DNA of 64,000 nucleotides from Acidimicrobiales bacterium. GTDB lineage: Bacteria > Actinomycetota > Acidimicrobiia > Acidimicrobiales > JAUJNH01. A model generated the notes under the pieces. It had not been told where the DNA came from, did no database searches, and saw nothing but the letters and a program-made list of their open reading frames with translations. A program made the translations under genes and the position numbers. The stretch lies in NCBI GenBank assembly GCA_038253125.1, contig JBBSHM010000001.1, forward strand, positions 28,094-92,093, in the 5' to 3' direction. This document shows positions 17,801 through 26,288 of this stretch, in pieces (the stretch's first letter is position 1; each line of letters starts with the position of its first letter).

Positions 17801-18097
17801 TCAGCGGAGACCGTCGACCAGCTGCGCCACCTCGGGCGCGCCGCTGATGTGTCCGTCGAAGGTGTACAGGCGGCACGACAGGGATCCGGGCTCGGCCCCG
17901 CCTGCGCACGGGTCGAGCCCGTCGATGAGGATCGTCGGAGACCCGCGCATTCCTGCCTGCTCGGCGGCCGTCTGGGTCTGGACAATGATCTCCCGCACGC
18001 TCGCCACCGCCCCCGTGACCGCGAGGGCCTCATGCACCCGTGATCGGGCCACATCGAGGTTCGGGCATTCCGGTACCGAGAGGATGTCGATCTGCAC
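17801..18097 (-). CDS. small thioredoxin-fold-like protein (98 aa)
   Basis: Starting from GTG 18097: MQIDILSVPECPNLDVARSRVHEAL...AGMRGSPTILIDGLDP...LSCRLY. This pattern resembles small glutaredoxin/thioredoxin_3-like proteins. The upstream part of ORF 17801..18205 looks non-coding. Confidence 0.4.
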   Translation of the reverse strand: MQIDILSVPECPNLDVARSRVHEALAVTGAVASVREIIVQTQTAAEQAGMRGSPTILIDGLDPCAGGAEPGSLSCRLYTFDGHISGAPEVAQLVDGLR

Positions 18098-18668
18098 GTC
18101 GTCTATCGTAGAGGTTCCAGGGGGCGCTGAGCGTGCTGCCAGCAGCGAAGACGACGAAGGGCGCGGTGAGGGCGAGCGTGACCGCCGGCCTTGGTGTCGA
18201 TCCAAGTCGTGCCAGGACGATGCCGTGGCCGAAAGCCATAACGCCGATGGCCAGCCAGTAGATAGCTCATAGCGGTGCTGGCCAGGTCAACGCCACCCAG
18301 CTGCGGTGCTTGCCAACAACCCATAACGTCGGCCGCGTGAGGTAAATCGTGGCCAAACGGGTATGAACGGCCCCGACGGGTCGGAGTAAAGGAAAGAGAG
18401 GAGCAGAGCAGGACACAAGAACCGCCGAGGCGGGCCCCGCCCGCCTCAGCTGTCGCGACTCGCTGGACGTGGCACCGGAGGTCGGCTGTGACCTGGGGCT
18501 GGCGCTACGAAGCAGGCCGGGGTCCGGGGCGGAGCTCCGAATCTCGGTTGTCAGGCCGCGGGTTCGGGGGTGACCTTGTGGCTGCGAGGCGGCGAGGCGG
18601 CGATGACCTGCTCTGCGCGGGCACCCCGCACACCCGCCGTCGGATGTGGGACTACAGTGTTTGGTGTC

Positions 18669-19154
18669 ATGCAGTCATCGGAGGCTCGTGAGGAAGCGGT
18701 TGACGCGCTGCTCGTCGCATCGCGTGTTCTTGTCGGTGTGGCGGCGACATCGCTCGCCGATACCCAGGGGGTGACGCTGCCGCAGTTCCGTGCTCTGGTC
18801 GTGCTCGCATCACGACCCGGGTTGACGGTGACCGAGCTCGGTGACGCCCTCGGCATCCACTCGTCCACGGCTACACGCCTTTGTGACCGCCTGGTGGCGA
18901 AGAAGCTTGTTCGGCGTGCCCATCGGGCCGAGGACCGCCGCGTGGTGGAGCTGCGACTGGCGGCGGGGGGACGCCGGCGGGTGGAAGCGGTGACCGCACG
19001 TCGCCGAGCGGCGATCCGTTCAATCGCCGCTCGCCTGCCGCCTTCGGTGCTCGACACCACCGTGGCCAGCATGCAGGCCTTCGCCGAGGCCGCCGGAGAG
19101 CCGGCCGGCGACGACATCTTCGGCTGGCAGCTCGTCACGGTCGTCGAACGGTGA
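18669..19154 (+). CDS. MarR-family transcriptional regulator
   Basis: wHTH core LPQFRALVVLASRPGLTVTELGDALGIHSSTATRLCDRLVAKKLVRRAHRAEDRRVVELRL. Start set at ATG 18669 inside ORF 18570..19154. Confidence 0.8.
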   Translation: MQSSEAREEAVDALLVASRVLVGVAATSLADTQGVTLPQFRALVVLASRPGLTVTELGDALGIHSSTATRLCDRLVAKKLVRRAHRAEDRRVVELRLAAGGRRRVEAVTARRRAAIRSIAARLPPSVLDTTVASMQAFAEAAGEPAGDDIFGWQLVTVVER

Positions 19155-20866
19155 TCGGCCGATTGCCGTGGCGACGTGACCCCAGCCGGCGATCGGGGTG
19201 GTCGGCGATCGACCGGCAGCGGATCGCCGCCCTCTCCCGCCGCTCGCAGCAGGTCGTGATCCTGGCCGGCACCACCGGACTCCTCGTCGGGCTCATGGTC
19301 GCCGGGTTCGAGACGGTGACCCATGCAGCCCTGGAACAGGTCCTCAACCTTCCCCTCGCCCTGCGTGCCGCCTTCCCCGGGCTCGGGCTCCTCGTGGCCA
19401 CTGGCTGTCTCCGCCTCGCTGGTCGCGGCACGACGCCAGGCTCCTCCGACGAGTACATCCGTGCCTTCCACCGACGCCGGGGCCTCGGGCTCCGATTGCG
19501 CGACGTCCCGCTGCGGATGCTGGCCGCGGTGGCCACGCTCGGCAGCGGGGGTTCGCTCGGCTACGAAGGACCGTCGATCTACGCTGGCGCAGCCCTTGGA
19601 TCGTCCCTCCAACGCCGCCTGCACCGCTTCTTCGCCGCCGACGATGCCAAGGTCCTGATGGTGGCGGGAGCCGCCGCCGGTGTCTCGGCCATCTTCAAAG
19701 CGCCGGTCACCGGCCTCGTCTTCGCCCTCGAGGTCCCCTTCCAGAACGATCTGGCTCGGCGCATGCTCCTCCCCGCGGCGATCAGCTCGGCTGCCAGCTA
19801 CGTGGTGTTCGCAGCCATCGCCGGCACGGCGCCGATCCTGCCCATCGGCGGTCAGCCCCCGTTCAACCTCGTCGACCTCGGCGGCGCCGCCGCCATCGGG
19901 CTGGCCTCCGGAGTTCTGGCCCGGCTCTACATCCTCGTCATGGCGAGGGCCAAGCGCCTCTCCACCCGCGGTCACATACCGCTGCGGGTCGCCGGGTCCG
20001 GCGCGGTCATCGCGGCGACCGTCGTGCTCGGGACCCTGCTGAGCAAGGAAAACCTGGTCCTCGGCCCAGGCTACCACGCACTCCGCTGGTCGCTCGACCC
20101 CAAGCACGCCATCCTCGCCATCGTCGCCCTGGGAACCCTCCGTGTCGCCGGGAACGCCGCCGTCATCGCCGGAGGCGGGACGGGCGGCCTCTTCGTGCCC
20201 CTGGTCATCCAGGGGGCGCTGGTCGGACGATGCGTCGGTGGCGTGTTCGACTCAGGGAACGCGTCGCTCTTCCCGGTCGTTGGCATGGCCGCCTTCCTCG
20301 GAGCCGGTTACCGGGTGCCGCTCGCCGGGGTCGTCTTCATCGCCGAGTTCACCGGCCGCCCCGGCTTCGTGGTTCCCGGCCTGATCGCCGCCGTCATGGC
20401 CCAGCTGGTCATGGGCCGATCCTCCCTGTCCCCTTACCAGACATCGGGCCCGGTCGGCCACCTCGAGCGGCGCCTCCTCCTCCCCGTGGCTGATCTGGTG
20501 TCCTCCGATGCGCTGTCCGTCGCACCCGACGCCACCGTCGACGAGCTCTTCTCGCAGCATCTCGCCGGGAGCCGCCAGCAAGCGGTCGCTGTCGTCCAGG
20601 ATGGCATCTATCTGGGCATCGCCAGCGTCGAGGACCTCAACGGCGTCGAGCGCGCCCAGTGGGCGCAGACGCGAGTGGCTGACATCATGCGAACAGACGT
20701 TCCTGTCGCCACCCACGACTGGATCCTTCGCGACGCCGTTGTCGCCATGGAGGAAGCCGGAACAGATCGGATCGCCGTGTGCAACGACGGCCGCTACGTC
20801 GGCGTGATCACCGCCGGCGACCTCGTGCGACTCGACGACATCCTCGACCGCGAGAGCGACCGATGA
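19151..20866 (+). CDS. ClC-family chloride channel/antiporter with C-terminal CBS pair
   Basis: ClC motifs GSGGSLGYEGPSIY, AIFKAPVTGLVFALEV, GGLFVPLVIQGA. Two CBS-like repeats in the C-terminus (VADLVSSDALSV..., VADIMRTDVPV...IAVCNDGRYVGVITAGDL). GTGA overlap with the marR stop. Confidence 0.85.
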   Translation: MIGRLPWRRDPSRRSGWSAIDRQRIAALSRRSQQVVILAGTTGLLVGLMVAGFETVTHAALEQVLNLPLALRAAFPGLGLLVATGCLRLAGRGTTPGSSDEYIRAFHRRRGLGLRLRDVPLRMLAAVATLGSGGSLGYEGPSIYAGAALGSSLQRRLHRFFAADDAKVLMVAGAAAGVSAIFKAPVTGLVFALEVPFQNDLARRMLLPAAISSAASYVVFAAIAGTAPILPIGGQPPFNLVDLGGAAAIGLASGVLARLYILVMARAKRLSTRGHIPLRVAGSGAVIAATVVLGTLLSKENLVLGPGYHALRWSLDPKHAILAIVALGTLRVAGNAAVIAGGGTGGLFVPLVIQGALVGRCVGGVFDSGNASLFPVVGMAAFLGAGYRVPLAGVVFIAEFTGRPGFVVPGLIAAVMAQLVMGRSSLSPYQTSGPVGHLERRLLLPVADLVSSDALSVAPDATVDELFSQHLAGSRQQAVAVVQDGIYLGIASVEDLNGVERAQWAQTRVADIMRTDVPVATHDWILRDAVVAMEEAGTDRIAVCNDGRYVGVITAGDLVRLDDILDRESDR

Positions 20867-21373
20867 TCCTTCAGCGGCCGCCCCGGGACTCGGCTGTTGA
20901 CCGTGATGGGCACCCCAACGACCCTGCCGCCAGCCGGAAGCGCCAGTGGGGAATCGCACACGGGGCAACCAACCGCGAGGACAGCGCTGCCTCGGAGTTT
21001 GCGATCAAGATGCCCCGTCCGCATATGGGACAAGCGCCGGGCCAGCGGCCGCCGCCTCGGCTGTGCGACGGCGTCGACTGCACCGCCGACGGGGCTCCGA
21101 ACGACCATCTGCTCCTCCTGCTCCCAGCCCAGGATCGACCACCAGCGACGATGACTCTGACCCGATGCCGGCCCTCCCGCTGGCCGACGGGCACCAAGCA
21201 CGGGACCCCATCGGCTCCGAATCCCAGTCAGCCCAGCACCGAAGGAGCACCATTGCCCGATCACCAGTGCGACCAGGCCGGAAATCGGCTCGATGCGCTC
21301 GACGCCAGCCGTTCCGGCCTCAAGTTGGGGAGCGGATCTGCCACACCTATGAACAATACGGGCCGAGGATCGC

Positions 21374-21616
21374 GTGGCTGAGCGCGTCGTGGTGGTCACC
21401 GGTGTGTCGGCTGGCGTCGGGCGGGCGGTGGCCTGCCAGTTCGGCGCGACGGGTGCCACGCTCGCACTGATGGCTCGCGGCGCCGCTGGCCTCGCCGGTG
21501 CGGCCGCCGATGTCGAGGCCGCCGGCGGGCGGGCGCTGGTCTTGCCCGCCGCATTCGCGGGCTTGGCTGCGGTGACCGCTGCCGTCGTGGCGACCGTCCG
21601 CGGTGTTGATCGATGA
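21374..21616 (+). pseudogene. N-terminal stub of a short-chain dehydrogenase/reductase gene
   Basis: VVVVTGVSAGVGRAVACQFGATGATLALMARG (TGxxxGxG Rossmann motif) followed by about 45 aa and then a stop. The catalytic YxxxK half is absent. Confidence 0.55.
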
Positions 21617-21736
21617 CGGTCCCGGAGGTTGTAGGACGAGGCCACTGGCCACCGCTGGCTGACTCGTTGGGCTTTCGCCCAGCTCGCGGGCGGGCGAGCG
21701 ATCGCTGCGCCCTTCGGGCCGGTTGGGCAGCGCCGC

Positions 21737-23566
21737 ATGAGTGGTGACGACAACATCGCCTACCCGCCGATCGGTGACTACGGCCTGATCGCCGACGGCC
21801 ACTCCGCCGCCCTGGTCTCCTCGAGCGGTTCGATCGACTGGTGCTGCATGCCGCGCATGGATGCTGCCAGCACCTTCGGCCGTCTCCTCGACTGGGGGAC
21901 AGCAGGCCACTTCAGCATCTCACCCGGCGAGGCTCGACCAAACCGCCGGGCCTACGTCACTGACACGATGGTCCTCGAGACCACGTTCTCGACCAACACC
22001 GGCGACGCTCGCCTCCTCGACTGCTTTACCGTGCGAGAGGGCGGTCGCACCGATCCGCACCGCCAGCTGCTGCGCGTCGTCGAAGGGATGCGCGGCCGAG
22101 TCGATCTCGATATCGACATCGTCCCCCGGTTCGACTACGGCTCCACCAAGCCATGGCTTCGAATGCACCGGCCACACCTGTGGAGCGCAACCGGTGGCGA
22201 CGACGCCATCGTCATAACCACCGATGCCGATCTCGACATCCGCGACGGCCATGATCTCGCCGGCCACGTCACCGTCGCCGCCGGACAGCGCTCGCGGCTC
22301 TCCATCACGTGGTACCGGCCCGAGCAGCTCGACCCCGAGCCGCCGCCCCAGCCCGACGGTGCCGAACTCGACGAGCGGCTGGCCACCACCGTCGCCTGGT
22401 GGCAGGCGTGGAGCGCGAGAACCGCCCTTGCCTCCTCCGACGCGGCCGACGTCCGCCGTTCCGCGCTCGTCCTCAAGTCGCTCGTCATCGCCCCGACCGG
22501 AGCGATCGCCGCGGCGCCGACTACCTCCCTCCCCGAGGCCATCGGCGGGACTCGTAACTGGGATTACCGGTACAGCTGGATCCGCGACTCCCAGTTCACC
22601 GTGCGATCCCTCGGAGCCCTCGGGTACGAAGCCGAAGCGGACGGTTTCCGCCGCTTCATCGAGCGTACCGCCGCCGGCAGCCCCCACGACCTCCAGATCA
22701 TGTACGGCCTCGGCGGGAGCCGACGACTAGATGAGCTCGAACTCCCGCTGGCCGGTTACCAGGGGTCAAGACCGGTTCGGGTCGGCAACGCCGCGTCCGG
22801 CCAGCTCCAGCTCGACGCCTACGGCGAGCTCCTCGACCTCGCCTGGCGTTGGCATCAACGCGGCCGTTCCCCCGATGACGACTACTGGCGCTTCCTCGTT
22901 GGACTCGTCGACACCGCCGCTGACCGGTGGGAAGAACCCGACCATGGACTGTGGGAGATGAGGGGTGAGCCCCGGCACTTCGTTCACTCAAAGGCGATGT
23001 GCTGGACGGCGCTTGACCGGGGCATCCGCCTCGCCCACGAATGCCTCCGGCAAGCCCCGTCCAAGCGTTGGAGCAAGATCCGTGAGGACATCCGCGCGTC
23101 CATCGAAGCCCACGGTTTCGACGCGGCACGTAGCTGCTACCTCCAGGCCTACGGAGCCGACGCCCTCGATGCCTCCCTGCTCCTCCTGCCCTCCGTGGAC
23201 TACCTCGCCTACGACGACCCGCGCATGATCTCGACCACCGAGGCGATCACCCGGGAGCTCGACGACAATGGTTTCCTCCGGCGCTACCGAGGCCACGACG
23301 GAACCAGCGGTGAAGAGGGGGTCTTCGTCGCCTGCACTTTCTGGCTCGCCGAGTGCCTTGCCAAGCAGGGCCAGACCGTGCGGGCGCGAGACGCCTATGA
23401 ACGGGCCTCCGCCGCGGCCAATGACCTGGGTCTGTATGCCGAGGAGTACGACCCCCGCCACCACCGGCTCCTGGGCAACTTCCCGCAAGGCCTCAGCCAC
23501 CTGTCCCACATCGCCGCCGCTGTCGCACTCGCCGAGAGGGAGCGGCACAACACCGAACGGGCGTGA
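21737..23566 (+). CDS. glycoside hydrolase family 15 protein (glucoamylase/trehalase-like)
   Basis: N-terminus YPPIGDYGLIADGHSAALVSSSGSIDWCCMPRMDAASTFGRLLD; internal SLPEAIGGTRNWDYRYSWIRDS and LWEMRGEPRHFVHSKAMCW. These are typical actinobacterial GH15 signatures. Confidence 0.85.
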   Translation: MSGDDNIAYPPIGDYGLIADGHSAALVSSSGSIDWCCMPRMDAASTFGRLLDWGTAGHFSISPGEARPNRRAYVTDTMVLETTFSTNTGDARLLDCFTVREGGRTDPHRQLLRVVEGMRGRVDLDIDIVPRFDYGSTKPWLRMHRPHLWSATGGDDAIVITTDADLDIRDGHDLAGHVTVAAGQRSRLSITWYRPEQLDPEPPPQPDGAELDERLATTVAWWQAWSARTALASSDAADVRRSALVLKSLVIAPTGAIAAAPTTSLPEAIGGTRNWDYRYSWIRDSQFTVRSLGALGYEAEADGFRRFIERTAAGSPHDLQIMYGLGGSRRLDELELPLAGYQGSRPVRVGNAASGQLQLDAYGELLDLAWRWHQRGRSPDDDYWRFLVGLVDTAADRWEEPDHGLWEMRGEPRHFVHSKAMCWTALDRGIRLAHECLRQAPSKRWSKIREDIRASIEAHGFDAARSCYLQAYGADALDASLLLLPSVDYLAYDDPRMISTTEAITRELDDNGFLRRYRGHDGTSGEEGVFVACTFWLAECLAKQGQTVRARDAYERASAAANDLGLYAEEYDPRHHRLLGNFPQGLSHLSHIAAAVALAERERHNTERA

Positions 23567-23913
23567 CCAAAAGGGCCACGTCTCGCTGCTCTAGCCAGGT
23601 CGGATTCGGGTCCTCGGTCGTCTCTGGGCGCAGCTGGTCCTCTCCGGCGCTTGCGCCTGACCGTGGATGTCCGTCGTACCCGGCGACCCTCACCCCGAGT
23701 CCGTCGCGGTCTACGATTCGTTCGACACGACCATGACACCGCGTAGTCGTGCCGTCGCTGCTCGACACCTCGAACAGCGACCGTGAGCGGTGTGCCCGAT
23801 CAGGCACTGCGAGTATTCGGTCAGATCCGACGTATCGGGCCGACCGCTTGCGGCTCGTCAGGTCCGGCTTGAGCCGTGAGGGGGATAGACTTCCGTTGCC
23901 GAGAGGAGCAGGC

Positions 23914-24342
23914 GTGTCAATCCAAACGATCCTTGTGGGGGTCGACGGCTCGCCGGCGGCCCGCCGGGCGCTGCAGTGGGCTGCTCAACAAGCCGGCAGC
24001 GACGGCGAGGTTGTCGCCGTTCACGTGCTCACTCCTTCGCTGGAGTTCTGGCGCGATCTTCCGCCGACGGGGCTGACCGCGTGGCGCGAGAAGCTCAGCG
24101 ACACCCTGGAGCGCGAGTGGATGGAACCCCTCGAAGCGGCGGGGACCAAACACGAGGCCTTGTTGGTGGAAAATGACTCGGTCGACGGGGCTTTGCTGCG
24201 CATCGGCGTTGAACGCGGTGCCGACATGATAGTGCTCGGCAAGCACGGTCACGGCGACCTGACCGATCGGTTGCTGGGCAGCGTGACCTACAAGGTGGCG
24301 CATCGGTCGTCGCTACCGGTGATGATCATTCCGGCGGACTGA
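23914..24342 (+). CDS. universal stress protein
   Basis: GTG 23914 preceded by gagaggag. ILVGVDGSPAARRALQWA ... MIVLGKHGHGDLTDRLLGSVTYKVAHRSSLPVMIIP. Confidence 0.8.
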   Translation: MSIQTILVGVDGSPAARRALQWAAQQAGSDGEVVAVHVLTPSLEFWRDLPPTGLTAWREKLSDTLEREWMEPLEAAGTKHEALLVENDSVDGALLRIGVERGADMIVLGKHGHGDLTDRLLGSVTYKVAHRSSLPVMIIPAD

Positions 24343-24791
24343 CCGCCCGAATCGATGTGACCACCTCCTCATGGAGCCGTCCGGTGGGTTGCATCTGGCC
24401 TCGGGCGACGGGGTCCGCTTGGTTTCAGACCACAGCTGGGAGGGTTTGGCGGGCGGGCCTAGCTAGATGGGCCGAAGTGGCCCACCTTCTCGACAGCAGG
24501 CCGGCAGGCCCACCCCCGCTCCCGCTGGGATGATGTCAAGAAGAAGCGGCCCAACCCCTCGACTGAGACTCGAGTGGTCGTGAGCAGAACCTCGCGCTCG
24601 GTCAGTTCATCTATGACCTGCGGACCGAGAACTGATCGAGACTCGATGCGTAGCCTAGCCTGATCAACCGGTCTTGTCACGGTTTGTCAAGGCAGCTGGC
24701 GTCCCGCTTTTTGGGCCGCGTCGTCCGATATCTCAGGGCACCCACAACACGCACCCAGCCAGCTCCCAGACGAGGGGTCGATGCTGGCCTC

Positions 24792-25235
24792 ATGAGCGAT
24801 CTCTCTGCGTCCGATGCCCATGGTGACCTGCTGTCCGGCTGGCCCTACACGCCGCCGCTACAGGGGTCCCAGCACCCACCGGTACCGCCCACCGAACCGG
24901 TCAGCGGTCGCCGCCGGCGACTGGCCACCGTGGGCGTGGCCGCCATCGCCCTGATTGCGGGGGCCGTCGGCGGAATCGCCGGGCAGCTGGGCAGCTCGGC
25001 CGTCCGATCGACATCCTCGTCGGCTGCCACAGCCACAGCCGCCTCGGTCGGGCGGACCAGCCCGTCGTTCGCCCCCGGAGCGGCGCTCTCCGTCGGCGAC
25101 GTCATCTCCAGGGTGGAGCCGTCGGTGGTGGCCGTCGATGTCATCTACCGCTCTTCGGGCGGCGGCGCCGGCCCGGGGGGCTGGCACCGCGACACCGGAA
25201 CCTCTCGAACGCTGACATGCTGCGTGCCATGGTGA
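24792..25235 (+). pseudogene. N-terminal stub of an HtrA/trypsin-like serine protease gene
   Basis: Pro-rich N-terminus, TM helix (LATVGVAAIALIAGAVGGIAG), and the pre-catalytic motif SVGDVISRVEPSVVAVDV. The ORF then ends within about 30 aa. No His/Asp/Ser catalytic domain or PDZ domain follows. Confidence 0.5.
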
Positions 25236-26263
25236 GCGTGAACCCGGTGGAAGGCTTCGTCCGGCGGGTCGACCGCTTCCAACAGCGACACCGGGTCCTG
25301 GCCATCGGGTTCGGGGTGGTGAAGAAGTTCGGGGACGACCGGGCCGGGAGCCTGGCCGCGCTCATCGCCTACTATGGGTTCCTGGCCGTCTTCCCGCTGC
25401 TGCTTCTCCTGACGACCTCGCTCGGCTTGGCCCTCGGCGCCAACTCCTCCCTCCAGACGGCGGTGCTGAACTCGGCCCTGCGTGACTTCCCGATCATCGG
25501 CAACCAGCTGGTCGGCCCCACCGGTCAGATTCGTCCGCTTCGGGGCAGCGGGGCGGCCCTGGTGTTCGGCGTCGGCGGGCTGTTGTGGGGGTCGCTCGGG
25601 GTGACGCAGGTGTCGCAGCTGGCGATGGCCGAGGTGTGGAACGTGCCAGGCGTGATCCGGCCCAACTTCGTCGCCCGCTTCGCCCGGGGACTGAGCCTGT
25701 TCGGCGTGATCGGCCTCGGCCTCGTGGCGACGACGGTGCTGGCCTCGCTCTCCACGTTCGGCAGTGCCGCCCTGCCGCTGAAGGTCCTGGGCATCGTCGG
25801 CTCCGTCGCCATCAACATCGGCCTCTACGTCGCCGCCTTCCGACTGACGACGCCGGCATCGGTGCCCACCGGGGAGCTCGTACCCGGCGCCGCCCTGGGC
25901 GGCATCGCATGGTCGGTGCTGCAGGCCCTCGGGGGCTACCTGGTGGGCCACCAGCTCCGCCATGCCAGCCAGGTCTACGGCTACTTTGGCTCGGTGCTGG
26001 GACTGGTGTCGTGGATCTACCTCGGCGCCCAGATGACGCTCTACGCCGCCGAGTTCAACGTCGTACGCAGTCGCCGTCTCTGGCCCCGAAGCATCGTGCA
26101 GCCACCGTTGACCGAAGCCGACATACGCACCTTCGACGCCATCGCCCGCCAGGGCGAGCGGCGCCCCGAGCAGGCCGTCGAGTCGACGTGGGAAGCGAGT
26201 GCGGAGCCCACACCGCCGCCACCCGACGCTGAGACCGAGAAGGCGGACGAAGGCGCCGCTTGA
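25217..26263 (+). CDS. YihY/BrkB-family inner-membrane protein
   Basis: FGDDRAGSLAALIAYYGFLAVFPLLLLL plus about six TM helices and an acidic C-terminal tail. Confidence 0.8.
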   Translation: MLRAMVSVNPVEGFVRRVDRFQQRHRVLAIGFGVVKKFGDDRAGSLAALIAYYGFLAVFPLLLLLTTSLGLALGANSSLQTAVLNSALRDFPIIGNQLVGPTGQIRPLRGSGAALVFGVGGLLWGSLGVTQVSQLAMAEVWNVPGVIRPNFVARFARGLSLFGVIGLGLVATTVLASLSTFGSAALPLKVLGIVGSVAINIGLYVAAFRLTTPASVPTGELVPGAALGGIAWSVLQALGGYLVGHQLRHASQVYGYFGSVLGLVSWIYLGAQMTLYAAEFNVVRSRRLWPRSIVQPPLTEADIRTFDAIARQGERRPEQAVESTWEASAEPTPPPPDAETEKADEGAA

Positions 26264-26288
26264 GGCCGCCGGCCTGCTGCGACGTGGC

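Noticed and set aside
18427-18447. GC hairpin gaggcggg-ccccg-cccgcctc and the purine-rich tract at 18376-18420 upstream of marR.
   Set aside because: It is isolated, has no T-tract and follows no gene. It is possibly a relic terminator in the decayed segment, but there is not enough evidence to call a feature.
20794-21756. 320-aa minus-strand ORF spanning the ClC-GH15 gap.
   Set aside because: Both ends are antisense to real genes (the ClC 3' end and the SDR stub / GH15 start). The middle is Ala/Arg/Pro/Thr low-complexity sequence with no recognisable motif.
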